Assembly (NCBI GenBank): GCA_913050005.1
Contig: CAJXBI010000004.1
Span: 3,116 to 67,115, forward strand
DNA length: 64,000 nucleotides
Direction: 5' to 3'
Source of the DNA: an uncultured Bacteroidota bacterium
GTDB lineage: Bacteria > Bacteroidota > Bacteroidia > NS11-12g > UBA9320
Shown: piece after piece, positions 46,688-56,215 of the stretch
How the letters are laid out: the number at the start of each line of letters is the position of its first letter
Position numbering within the stretch: position 1 is the first letter of the stretch
Program-made: the position numbers and the translations under genes
Notes under the pieces: generated by a model
What the model was told of the DNA's origin: nothing
Databases searched by the model: none
What the model saw: only the letters and a program-made list of their open reading frames with translations

Positions 46688-48205
46688 ATGAATAAAAACG
46701 TACTTCAATCATTCACTGCACTATTTATATTTTTGTCTATATTCACAAATGCTCAAACCTCATATAAGAAGTTTGGTATTGAAGTAAATGGTGGTTTGCG
46801 AGAGTATCACGGTGACTTAGGTTCATCATTATATTTTAAAAATAGCCCTGATTATCAAGGAGTTGGTGGTGCGTTTGGAATGTATATTAATTCTTCGTTT
46901 GACATTAATTTATATGGAAGTGCAGGAGATATTGGATTCTATAAAACAGTTCGTGACGCAGAGCGATTAGATTATGTTAGGATTGGGTTTAGATCACGAG
47001 TAACTGAGGGAATGATTGGATTAACCTATAAATTCAACAACGGCTATATTTTAGATGAGGATGTAAGGTTCAAACCATACATAAGAGCTGGGTGGGGAGC
47101 AATGTCATCAGTATCAAAATTTACACCTGAATCGTTACCTAAGGGTAACGAAGGGTATAGACAAGATCGATTTTGGATTGCATCACACTGGAATGCTGGT
47201 TTAGGACTTAAAATAGCTGTTTCAGACGCTATTGATATAGTAATTAGCGAGCAGTTTAATTACTCTTTTGATGATAATTATGATGCTAGCCCATATGTTG
47301 TCGCAGGCGCACGCCTAAACAGTGCTGTGGAAGGCAATAAGCCGCTTCATGATATATATGCTTATCATTCGTTTGGGTTAGTATTTAACTTCGGTGGAGA
47401 TGGAGGAAGTTCCTATAAAATTAAAGATGAGGATGGAGACGGAATCAGTGATGATTTCGATATATGTCCGAATACTCCAGAAAAATATGCTGTTGACACA
47501 GTAGGTTGTCCGATGGATGATGATAAAGATGGTGTGTTTAACGAGGATGATATGTGTCCAGACGTTCCTGGTCTTCCTGCATTTAATGGTTGTCCAGACT
47601 CAGATGGTGACGGTATTATTGATTCAAAAGATAAGTGCCCTAATGTACCTGGTTTAGCAGAGTTTGACGGCTGTCCGGATTCAGATGGTGATGGGATTAC
47701 TGATGCTGAAGATAAATGTCCACTCAAAGCAGGAACTGTTGAAGGTCAAGGATGTCCAGATTCAGATGGTGACGGTATTTACGACCATGTAGATGTTTGT
47801 CCAGCTACTCCAGGAGTTGCTGCAAACAAAGGTTGTCCAGAAATTAAGGAAGAAGTTAAAGAGAAAATAAGACTTGCAGCTAAAGGAATATTCTTTGAGA
47901 GCGGTAAAGATATTTTGAAATCTGAATCATTCGAAAATTTAAATATTTTGGCTGAAATTATGTTAGAGTATAATGAAGCTAAAGTAATTATAGAGGGTCA
48001 TACAGATAGTCAAGGTGACGATGTAGATAATTTAGTTCTTTCTCAAAACAGAACAGAGTCTGTTAAAAGATACCTTGTAACTCAAGGTATTGAAGAAAGT
48101 CGAATGTCAGCGGTTGGTTATGGTGAGTCAAAACCAGTTGCAGATAACTCTACTTCAAAAGGAAGGGCCTTTAACCGACGAGTAGACTTCAAGTTAGTAT
48201 ACTAA
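46688..48205 (+). CDS. OmpA-family outer-membrane protein with thrombospondin type-3 (calcium-binding) repeats
   Basis: 505 aa. Signal peptide, N-terminal beta-barrel-like region, repeated 'GCPDSDGDGI.D..D.CP', C-terminal OmpA domain 'IEGHTDSQGD...NLVLSQNRTESVKRYL...NRRVDF'. Confidence 0.88.
   Translation: MNKNVLQSFTALFIFLSIFTNAQTSYKKFGIEVNGGLREYHGDLGSSLYFKNSPDYQGVGGAFGMYINSSFDINLYGSAGDIGFYKTVRDAERLDYVRIGFRSRVTEGMIGLTYKFNNGYILDEDVRFKPYIRAGWGAMSSVSKFTPESLPKGNEGYRQDRFWIASHWNAGLGLKIAVSDAIDIVISEQFNYSFDDNYDASPYVVAGARLNSAVEGNKPLHDIYAYHSFGLVFNFGGDGGSSYKIKDEDGDGISDDFDICPNTPEKYAVDTVGCPMDDDKDGVFNEDDMCPDVPGLPAFNGCPDSDGDGIIDSKDKCPNVPGLAEFDGCPDSDGDGITDAEDKCPLKAGTVEGQGCPDSDGDGIYDHVDVCPATPGVAANKGCPEIKEEVKEKIRLAAKGIFFESGKDILKSESFENLNILAEIMLEYNEAKVIIEGHTDSQGDDVDNLVLSQNRTESVKRYLVTQGIEESRMSAVGYGESKPVADNSTSKGRAFNRRVDFKLVY
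47426..47842 (+). repeat. Tandem TSP3-type Asp-rich repeats inside the OmpA gene, including three consecutive 81-bp (27-aa) units
   Basis: Units read GCPDSDGDGIIDSKDKCPNVPGLAEFD / GCPDSDGDGITDAEDKCPLKAGTVEGQ / GCPDSDGDGIYDHVDVCPATPGVAANK, preceded by two more divergent units. Confidence 0.85.
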
Positions 48206-48231
48206 TGCTTACTATAAAACAAAATTGATAT

Positions 48232-48264
48232 AAAATGGGAAGCAGAAGCTTCCCATTTTTTTTG
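48232..48264 (+). terminator. Rho-independent terminator after the OmpA-family gene
   Basis: AAAATGGGAAGC-agaa-GCTTCCCATTTT followed by a T-run. Confidence 0.8.
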
Positions 48265-48324
48265 ATTAAACACAAATCCTTCCTTTAGATGTTTATCTAT
48301 TTAATTTAATATATAATAAACTAA

Positions 48325-48642
48325 ATGAAAAAAATTATTAATAGTCTAAAAAATAAATGGAATGTTAAATCAGATTTAGAACTCCTTTGGATTTTTTTCA
48401 TTTTTGCAATTACAGGTTCTTCAATCGTTTACGTTAGAAAACCGATAACTACTTATCTATTTAACAAATCAACATATGGAGAGTTAAAATGGCATGAGTT
48501 CATCTTTACCATAATTATTATTTATTTCATATATCAAATATTTCTATTTGTAATTGGCAGCATTTTAGGTAAGCATAAATTTGTGAAATGGTTTGTAGTG
48601 AAAATGAATAAACGCATATTTTTTAGTACTAAAAATGAATAA
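48325..48642 (+). CDS. Small 2-TM membrane protein, unknown function
   Basis: 105 aa with two hydrophobic helices. Its 3' end overlaps the mrp start by 8 nt. Confidence 0.5.
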   Translation: MKKIINSLKNKWNVKSDLELLWIFFIFAITGSSIVYVRKPITTYLFNKSTYGELKWHEFIFTIIIIYFIYQIFLFVIGSILGKHKFVKWFVVKMNKRIFFSTKNE

Positions 48643-49642
48643 AGAGAAAATTCTGAGGTCATTGGGCTTTGTTGAGGATCCAGATCTAAAAAAAGATTTA
48701 GTTTCATTAGGAATGATTCAAAATCTTAAAATTAATAATTGCGAGATTTCTTTTGATTTAGTATTAACTACTCCGGCCTGTCCAATGAAAGATAGCATAG
48801 CTAATGCGTGTAAAAATGCAATACACACTATGGTAAATAAAGAGGCTATTGTAAAAATTAATATTACCTCTAAAGTTCAGCACAGCAGAGATACTAAAGG
48901 TATTTTATCGGGAATAAAAAATATAATTGCGGTAGCATCTGGAAAAGGAGGTGTAGGTAAAAGTACTTTTGCTATTAATCTCTCCAAAACATTGTCGATA
49001 ACTGGAGCAAAGGTTGGTTTGTTGGATGCAGATATTCACGGACCTTCAATTCCTACACTCATGAATACAACTCACGAAAAACCTAAAATGGATGGTGATT
49101 TGATGCTACCTATTGAGAAAGAGGGGGTTCAAACTATGAGTATTGGTTATATGGTAGAATTAAAACAAGCACTTGTCTGGAGAGGGCCTATGTTATCCAA
49201 AGCGATTAGTCAGTTTTGTAGTGACGTTAAATGGGGTAATCTTGATTATCTGATTATAGATTTACCACCTGGCACTGGTGATGTTCACCTCAGCGTTCTT
49301 CAGCATATTCCAATTAGTGGTATTGCATTAATTACAACGCCTGAGGATGTTGCAATTGCAGATACTCGTAAAGCCATTGACATGTTTCAAAACCCACATC
49401 TTTCTCAAAACCTTTTAGGAATTGTAGAGAATATGAGCTACTTTCAACCTAAAAAGTCAGGCAAAAAATATCATATTTTTGGAGAGGGTGGCGGTCAGAA
49501 ATTAAGCAATGACTGCTCTGTTGATTTTTTGGGTCAGATACCCATAAGAGAAAATAAAGAATTTGACAATATTAAGAATGATTATGCTCCGATTGTAGGT
49601 AAAATTGTTCAAAAACTATCTATATTAGCATCTACTCGATAA
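48635..49642 (+). CDS. apbC: Mrp/NBP35/ApbC-family Fe-S cluster carrier ATPase (N-terminal DUF59-like domain)
   Basis: 335 aa. 'VASGKGGVGKST' deviant Walker A. 'DLPPGTGD'. N-terminal 'DPDLKKDLVSLGMI...TTPACP'. Confidence 0.92.
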   Translation: MNKEKILRSLGFVEDPDLKKDLVSLGMIQNLKINNCEISFDLVLTTPACPMKDSIANACKNAIHTMVNKEAIVKINITSKVQHSRDTKGILSGIKNIIAVASGKGGVGKSTFAINLSKTLSITGAKVGLLDADIHGPSIPTLMNTTHEKPKMDGDLMLPIEKEGVQTMSIGYMVELKQALVWRGPMLSKAISQFCSDVKWGNLDYLIIDLPPGTGDVHLSVLQHIPISGIALITTPEDVAIADTRKAIDMFQNPHLSQNLLGIVENMSYFQPKKSGKKYHIFGEGGGQKLSNDCSVDFLGQIPIRENKEFDNIKNDYAPIVGKIVQKLSILASTR

Positions 49643-49664
49643 AAAAAAATAAATTTGAATTTAA

Positions 49665-49895
49665 ATGACATTATCGGAGAATAAAATAGAAGAAGCTCTA
49701 GAGAGTATCAGACCGTTTTTGAAGCAAGATGGAGGTGACATTGAATTCATTTCGTATGATAATAACGTTGTGAAGCTACGTTTTCTTGGTGCTTGCAGTA
49801 CTTGCAGCATTAGTCATTTAACTATGAAAGCAGGTATTGAGGAAAGTATTAAAAAATTACTTCCTGAGGTAGAATCTGTTTTAGCCATAGAATAA
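49665..49895 (+). CDS. NifU C-terminal-domain protein
   Basis: 76 aa. 'IRPFLKQDGGDIEF...GACSTCSISHLTMKAGIE'. Confidence 0.85.
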   Translation: MTLSENKIEEALESIRPFLKQDGGDIEFISYDNNVVKLRFLGACSTCSISHLTMKAGIEESIKKLLPEVESVLAIE

Positions 49896-49908
49896 TGTCC
49901 ATTTCGTT

Positions 49909-50769
49909 GTGAAACGATCATACCTATACTTGTCGATTTATAATTTCATTAATACTTACAGTGTTTTTGTTGCGGTTGGTTCCTTATCTTCTTATCTATT
50001 CTTTAGTAAATTATTAGACATTAAGCCAAATTACATTGTTGCTACAGGTTTGTCAATTGGGCTTTGGGTTATTTACACTTTCGATCACCTTTTAGACGGT
50101 TTGAGACTAGGAGATAAAGCTTCCTCGACTAGACATCGTGAACATTTTCTAAAACTCAAACAAATAACGAGATTGGTTATCATAGGCCTAGCTTCTTTAA
50201 TTGGCTTATCATTTTGGGTGCCTTTTATTTACTACAACTATATTGTATTTCTGTGTGTACTTACTTTAATACATTTTTTGATTAACTATAATTTATCCAT
50301 TCGATTCGTTGTACTACGATATTTTAAAGAGGTATTTATTGCGTTTGTTGTTACGATTGGGTTTGTGATTACACCAGTTTTAGAACTCCATTCGTCTATC
50401 GATATGAATCAATTAATTTATGTTTTTATGCTTTTTTATTTTATCAATTTATCAAACCTACTTATATTTTCATATTTTGATAATGAGTTGGACAAAAAAG
50501 ATAATATTACAACCATTGTTCATTTTTTTGGCTTGGTTAAATTAAGAGGATTGATTTACTCTGGGATCGCACTCTCATTTATAATTTTAACAATTAGTTA
50601 TATGAATGAAGAAATAAATGAAGTAAGTTTTTATGTATTTTTATCGATGCAGGTAACCTTAATGGGAATTATAATTTTTCCTTCTTTTTTTGGCACAAAC
50701 GAACGTTATCGTTTTTTTGGTGACCTTATTTACTTATATCCGATAGCTATATTCCCATTCCTTTGTTAA
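49909..50769 (+). CDS. Polytopic membrane protein, possibly a divergent UbiA-superfamily prenyltransferase
   Basis: 286 aa, GTG start, 7-9 hydrophobic helices. Two Asp-rich loops, 'FDHLLDGLRLGD' and 'FDNELDKKD' (DxxxD), spaced as in UbiA enzymes. Confidence 0.4.
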   Translation: MKRSYLYLSIYNFINTYSVFVAVGSLSSYLFFSKLLDIKPNYIVATGLSIGLWVIYTFDHLLDGLRLGDKASSTRHREHFLKLKQITRLVIIGLASLIGLSFWVPFIYYNYIVFLCVLTLIHFLINYNLSIRFVVLRYFKEVFIAFVVTIGFVITPVLELHSSIDMNQLIYVFMLFYFINLSNLLIFSYFDNELDKKDNITTIVHFFGLVKLRGLIYSGIALSFIILTISYMNEEINEVSFYVFLSMQVTLMGIIIFPSFFGTNERYRFFGDLIYLYPIAIFPFLC

Positions 50770-51313
50770 AACAAGATCTGCATCTAGGTTCATAGAGGTC
50801 TTTCTCTCCTAGTTTGACTTGTTCGCCGGTGTTAGAAAAACGATATGAAAACTGTGCTTCAGAACCACATTTAATGCAAATAGCATGTACTTTAGTTACA
50901 AGCTCAGCCATTGCCATGAGTTTAGGTATTGCCCCAAAAGGGTTTCCTGTAAAGTCCATATCTAATCCAGCAATGATTATTCGTTTATTCTCATTTGCAA
51001 GTTGATTGCAAACTTCGATTAACCCAGGGTCAAAAAACTGTGCCTCGTCTATACCTATAACATCTACATCATTAACTAACTTTAAAATATCTTCCGCTTT
51101 ACTAATTGGTGAAGAATCTATTTCGTTATCGTCGTGAGATACAATTTTCTTTTTATGATATCTAACTTCCATTTTAGGCTTAAAGATGTGTGTACTTTGG
51201 TTAGCAATCCTGGCACGTTTAATTCTACGAATAAGCTCTTCTGTTTTCCCAGAAAACATCGAGCCACAAATTACTTCTATCCATCCTGTGCTATTTTTTG
51301 GTTTTGTATACAT
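50747..51313 (-). CDS. tdk: Thymidine kinase
   Basis: 188 aa. 'GSMFSGKTEELIRR', 'IGIDEAQFF'. Zn ribbon 'CIKCG...CRSC'. Confidence 0.95.
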   Translation of the reverse strand: MYTKPKNSTGWIEVICGSMFSGKTEELIRRIKRARIANQSTHIFKPKMEVRYHKKKIVSHDDNEIDSSPISKAEDILKLVNDVDVIGIDEAQFFDPGLIEVCNQLANENKRIIIAGLDMDFTGNPFGAIPKLMAMAELVTKVHAICIKCGSEAQFSYRFSNTGEQVKLGEKDLYEPRCRSCFNKGMGI

Positions 51314-51371
51314 ACCTGTTAATTACAAAGTGTCGAATGTAACAATATTTGATTTTATTCGTAGGATATAA

Positions 51372-51944
51372 ATGATTAGAGATAAAATACATAACAAAAT
51401 TGATGAACTTTTGGGGGTGTTAAGTATTCACAATAGCAGATTGAGTTTGCATTCAGAGGAGCTATCGCAATTAGATATTGATTTATTCAGAAAACACTGC
51501 ATTGATCTTTATGACGAGATTAATGGATTAGTGTTAAAAGGCAAACTTGAATCCAAGGATAATAAAAACATAGAAAAAGGGATTATTCCCATAGAAAACA
51601 GTGAAACCCCAGCTAAGAAGAAGGTTGCTAAGAAAAAAGTGGATAAGGAAGTAGGTCAATCAAAAAAAGATAACGACGAAATGCTATCCCTATTCGAAAA
51701 ATATAGCAATAAACCAATTTTAAGCATATCAGAAGGCATGTCAATTGTAAAGCGATTTGAGTTTCAAAATGTTTTTTTTGACGGGGAAAAGTCAGATTAT
51801 AATTTATTTATTTCAGCCTTAGATGACGCATCTAATCGTGAAGAAGCTTTTAAAATTTATACATCATACAAAACTGAACGGAATTGGGATCAAGAAGAAT
51901 TGAAGGATGAATTAAAAGCTTTAATATATAGGAAATACTTTTAG
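51372..51944 (+). CDS. Hypothetical protein
   Basis: 190-aa ORF. Helical N-terminus, K-rich linker 'PAKKKVAKKKVDKE', no motif I recognise. Confidence 0.45.
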   Translation: MIRDKIHNKIDELLGVLSIHNSRLSLHSEELSQLDIDLFRKHCIDLYDEINGLVLKGKLESKDNKNIEKGIIPIENSETPAKKKVAKKKVDKEVGQSKKDNDEMLSLFEKYSNKPILSISEGMSIVKRFEFQNVFFDGEKSDYNLFISALDDASNREEAFKIYTSYKTERNWDQEELKDELKALIYRKYF

Positions 51945-52147
51945 TTATATAATGATTTTTTTGCTTTAATATGAAAGCTCAACTTAGTTATTAATCAGCT
52001 AATTATTTTAAAAATCTACTGCAGCAGCAACTTTTAAAATCAACTAAATAGGGTTTTCAAGCAATTACATTTTTGTTAGGGTCTTAACTTTTTAAAAAAA
52101 TTTGTATTTTTTACGTCACATTAATTGATTATGTGAATAATATTACA

Positions 52148-52155
52148 TAAATTTG
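52148..52155 (+). promoter_or_regulatory. Possible -7 promoter box (TAAATTTG) with TTG 20 nt upstream (52125-52127)
   Basis: Matches TAnnTTTG. Its position implies a transcript start around 52160, which supports ATG 52180 as the true start of the downstream gene. Confidence 0.3.
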
Positions 52156-52179
52156 ATGCACTTAAATTATTTAAAGCGT

Positions 52180-55100
52180 ATGAAAAAAAATTACAAACGA
52201 AATTGGCTTTTCAAATTAAAAACAGCTTTTGTTTTTGGATCAATGCTATTGGCAGGTTCAGCAATGGCTCAATTATCCGGAACGTACACTGTTAATTCAG
52301 GTAGTGCAACTTCTGGTACTAACTTCAAAAGTTTTACAGATTTACAAAATTCATTAAACAGCAATGGTATCCGAGGCGCTGTAAATGTAAATGTGGTTAA
52401 AGGATCTGGTCCCTACAATGAAGATTTTAGACCTAATCAGATTTCTGGAGCTTCAGCTACCAGTAGAATTACCATCAATGGTAATGGTGAAAAACTTCGA
52501 AACGGAGGGACTGTTGTTTATCTAAACGGAACCGATTATATTACATTTGACAATATCTATATGGAACAGTCTAGTTCCTCAGATGCTCCAATATTTTGGG
52601 GTGCTGGTAATGGGTGTACAGGTGTAACTATTCAGAATTGTGACATAATTGCCACTACTTCAAATTCTGCACCAGGTTATCCGGGATATTATAACTCTGC
52701 TTATATATATTTTAATAACCAACAATATTATTATCGAAACTCTTCCGTTTTTATGCGAAACCTAATTATTAAGAATAATAATCTTAGTAAGAGTAATTCA
52801 AACGTAAATGCTTATGGTAAGTATCTAGGTATATTTATTTCTAATCCTGATAGAAATGGTTATGATCAAGAAATTGAAATTACAGGTAATGATATACAAG
52901 ATATAGGAATTAGAGGAATCTGGTTTTATGAAGCTTCTGGTGTTGACGTAACGTTTAATAGAGTTCATAATCCTAATTGTAACAACACACGTTATATATA
53001 TGCTATTGTTTGTGATAATTATTACATGACAGGTAAGGAAGTTAACTTTAGTGATAATATTATTGAAAATTTAGGAACAAGTAAAACATATCAGTACGCT
53101 GACGAAATAGGTATATACTTATATGCTTATCGTTCTGGTTCAACTTACAATGTAAAAAATAATATTGTTAATTTAAGTGGTCCTTCTTATAACAGAGGTA
53201 TTTATAACTATGCATACTATAATTCAGGTAAAATAAATATTATCAATAATTCTGTTTTATTTACTGGTACAAATACCAGATATCATTACGGAATTTATAA
53301 TTATGCTAGTTCAGGAGGTGTTTGTAATAACAACATTGTTTCTCAACAAGCAACTGTTAATGGAAATCACAGAACATATTTGATTTATGATGTTCGTGGT
53401 ACGGGTACAACTTATGATTATAATAATCTTGATCTAACTCAGAAAAAAGGTACTGCTACTCAACTTTATACTGGATATTGGTCTGGAAATAAAGCATCGT
53501 TAAAAGATTGGCAGGGGTCTGCTACTGCAGCAAACAGCATAGCTGTTAATCCACAATTTACTGATATCACTACTACTGCTAAATTAAATTATAAGCCACA
53601 AAGTATTCCAATGGTTAATAAAGGAGTATCTAATACTTTTACACCACCATTAGATTGTGAATTAACTAAAAGGGGTTCAACTCCAGATTTAGGTGCGTTA
53701 GAATACTATATCGATGTTGAAGTAACTAGTGTTAATATGACTGGCGGTACAGGAGAATGTGCACCTTACAAAGAGTCAGTAAGTGTTATTTTTAAGAATA
53801 ATTCACTTACACCTATTCAAGATGTACCATGGCAATATACAGTCAATGGCGGGGCTCCTTACTCAGAGACAGATACAAGTAGTGTTGCACCTGGTGCAGT
53901 AGATACCTTCACATTTGAAAGAGTACATTCTTTCAATGGTTCTAATACACATGCAGTTGTAGTTTCAGTTGTTGGAGACGATGATGTTCCAACAAACAGT
54001 ACTGGAAGTTATAAACTTTCTACTGTAGCTTCAGCTTCTGGTAGTAATTTAATAGCTAGTGCATCTCTTCCATTTGATGGTTATTATAATGCAGCAACTA
54101 CTAATGATCCAGATGTAATAGCTAAAGATTATACAAATAATTATGATATCACTCGTCCAACTAAATACGCTTCTTCAGGACCAGGAGCTGATTATACATA
54201 TTCCTTTAAAGCGACAGATGACGACGGTATTGATGTTTCGGCAGCTGGTTTTTCATACACTGCACTAGCTGAATCATTTATTGTTAGTCCAGAAGATTCT
54301 TTAGCTGGAAGAAGTGTTCAGCTTGACTTAATGGTAACAGATGCAGCTACTGGATGTGATACTACAGTAACACGTCACATGTATATTCCACATGTACCAG
54401 AGCCTTCATTTGATTCATATGATATATGTTTAGGTGATGTAGCTCAGTTTAAAAATACATCCACTCTCAAAGGTTCTGGATATATTGTAACTAGCTGGGA
54501 TTTTGATGATCCGGATCCAGCTATAACAGACGATAATTCTGATATTAAAGATGGATTTTGGAAATACAGTACATACGGTAATGACGTTTATGTTAAAATG
54601 ACAGTTGCTAATGGGGTATATGATAAGTTTACATATGTTGATGTTGACACTATTAATATTACTCCGAAGCCTGAAGTTGACTTTAAAGTTTTAAATGCTT
54701 GTGAAGGAACAGCTATAAAGGTCAATAACAATACAACATTGCCTGTTTCAAGTAAAATTACTTATGTATGGGATTTTGGAGGTGAATATACTTCAACTGA
54801 TCAAGATCCATCATATACATTTGCTACTCCGGGTCAGCGTAAAATTAGTGTAACAGCTACTGCAAATGGTTGTACTGGATCACTAACTAAGAACGCTTAC
54901 CAGTTCGAAATGCCACTTGCGTCTTTCGATAGTAAAGGTGAATGTAATTTTGTTAATGTTGACTTCACAAATAGTTCTACTATAGAAAATGGAGCTAATA
55001 TGGGTTACGCATGGGACTTTAATGGAGAGGGTATATCAAGAATTCTAGACCCATCTTTTGCATTTGCTACTCCAGGTACAAAAAAGGTAACATTGACGGC

Positions 55101-56145
55101 AACTTCAGAGTTTGGTTGTGTAAATGTATTTAACAAGAGTATTATTCTTCAAGAATCTCCCGAGGCAGATTTTACATGGGATGCAGCTTGTAATTTAACA
55201 CCAATTAATTTCAACATAACAGGATCACTTCCAAATGGAGGTGCTAATAGTTCATATGAATGGGATTTTGCAGGTGAGTCTTCTGCGAAACAAGCAGATC
55301 CAAGCTACTTATTCTCTAAAGTTGGTCCAAAAGTGGTTAAACTTACGATTTCTGATTTGAATGGATGTTCAAGTTCAATTGAAAAAGAGGTAAATGTCGT
55401 ATTACAAGCTACTGCAGACTTTGAATCAGGGACTGTATGTGAGGGAGATGAAGCGGTATTCACAAACAAATCAACAGTAGCTGCTGGAAATTTGACATAC
55501 GAGTGGACATTTGGAGACGGAGCTGGAAGTTCTGATTTATCTCCGAGACACAGTTATACAGATGCAAAAAGCTACAACGTTAAGTTGAAAGCTATAGTTG
55601 AAGGTGGATGTAGTGACGAGGTAACTTACCCAGTTGTGGTAAATCCATCACCGGATGCTACTTTCACATTAAGTAAAGATGGAAGAACCATTGTTTGTAA
55701 TGGACCATCAGGAAACGATATCTACAGATGGACATTTGGCGATGGTAGTAAAGATGATTCTGAGAATCCAACTTATACTTTCGAGAATGTTGATCAAGGT
55801 ACATTTACAGTATGTTTAGCAACTAAAAAAGGGGAATGCTGGAATGATTTATGTGAGGACATCACAATCAACCTAGCAGGAATCGAAAACTTAACGCAAA
55901 ACGATGACATGATTAATATATATCCTAATCCAACTACTGGTAAGTTCAATGTAACAGTTGAGAATGCTGATGATGTAGTTGTTAAGGTAGGAGATATTTT
56001 AGGCAATGTATTAGATGTTAATGTAATAGATAATATGAATGGTACTTACAGTGTGGACATGTCAGTGGTTGCTGATGGTGTATACTTTGTACAAGTCATA
56101 AACGGTGATTACTTTTCAACTAAGCGAATCACAGTTTCTAAATAA
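52180..56145 (+). CDS. Large T9SS surface protein: right-handed beta-helix-like N-terminal region, Ig-like modules, six PKD-like domains, Por CTD
   Basis: Signal 'MKKNYKRNWLFKLKTAFVFGSMLLAGSAMAQ'. Repeated 'NN(I/S)V' rungs. Six W(D/T)F motifs ('WDFDD', 'WDFGGE', 'WDFNGE', 'WDFAGE', 'WTFGDGA', 'WTFGDGS'). C-terminal 'IYPNPTTGKFNV...GVYFVQV'. Confidence 0.8.
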   Translation: MKKNYKRNWLFKLKTAFVFGSMLLAGSAMAQLSGTYTVNSGSATSGTNFKSFTDLQNSLNSNGIRGAVNVNVVKGSGPYNEDFRPNQISGASATSRITINGNGEKLRNGGTVVYLNGTDYITFDNIYMEQSSSSDAPIFWGAGNGCTGVTIQNCDIIATTSNSAPGYPGYYNSAYIYFNNQQYYYRNSSVFMRNLIIKNNNLSKSNSNVNAYGKYLGIFISNPDRNGYDQEIEITGNDIQDIGIRGIWFYEASGVDVTFNRVHNPNCNNTRYIYAIVCDNYYMTGKEVNFSDNIIENLGTSKTYQYADEIGIYLYAYRSGSTYNVKNNIVNLSGPSYNRGIYNYAYYNSGKINIINNSVLFTGTNTRYHYGIYNYASSGGVCNNNIVSQQATVNGNHRTYLIYDVRGTGTTYDYNNLDLTQKKGTATQLYTGYWSGNKASLKDWQGSATAANSIAVNPQFTDITTTAKLNYKPQSIPMVNKGVSNTFTPPLDCELTKRGSTPDLGALEYYIDVEVTSVNMTGGTGECAPYKESVSVIFKNNSLTPIQDVPWQYTVNGGAPYSETDTSSVAPGAVDTFTFERVHSFNGSNTHAVVVSVVGDDDVPTNSTGSYKLSTVASASGSNLIASASLPFDGYYNAATTNDPDVIAKDYTNNYDITRPTKYASSGPGADYTYSFKATDDDGIDVSAAGFSYTALAESFIVSPEDSLAGRSVQLDLMVTDAATGCDTTVTRHMYIPHVPEPSFDSYDICLGDVAQFKNTSTLKGSGYIVTSWDFDDPDPAITDDNSDIKDGFWKYSTYGNDVYVKMTVANGVYDKFTYVDVDTINITPKPEVDFKVLNACEGTAIKVNNNTTLPVSSKITYVWDFGGEYTSTDQDPSYTFATPGQRKISVTATANGCTGSLTKNAYQFEMPLASFDSKGECNFVNVDFTNSSTIENGANMGYAWDFNGEGISRILDPSFAFATPGTKKVTLTATSEFGCVNVFNKSIILQESPEADFTWDAACNLTPINFNITGSLPNGGANSSYEWDFAGESSAKQADPSYLFSKVGPKVVKLTISDLNGCSSSIEKEVNVVLQATADFESGTVCEGDEAVFTNKSTVAAGNLTYEWTFGDGAGSSDLSPRHSYTDAKSYNVKLKAIVEGGCSDEVTYPVVVNPSPDATFTLSKDGRTIVCNGPSGNDIYRWTFGDGSKDDSENPTYTFENVDQGTFTVCLATKKGECWNDLCEDITINLAGIENLTQNDDMINIYPNPTTGKFNVTVENADDVVVKVGDILGNVLDVNVIDNMNGTYSVDMSVVADGVYFVQVINGDYFSTKRITVSK

Positions 56146-56161
56146 TTAAGTAACTTTTAAA

Positions 56162-56197
56162 AAAAGCCCCTCATCTAATGGTGAGGGGCTTTTTATT
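56162..56197 (+). terminator. Rho-independent terminator
   Basis: AAAAGCCCCTCA-tctaatgg-TGAGGGGCTTTT followed by T-rich sequence, 17 nt after the stop. Confidence 0.85.
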
Positions 56198-56215
56198 TAT
56201 ATACTATTTTACTCC

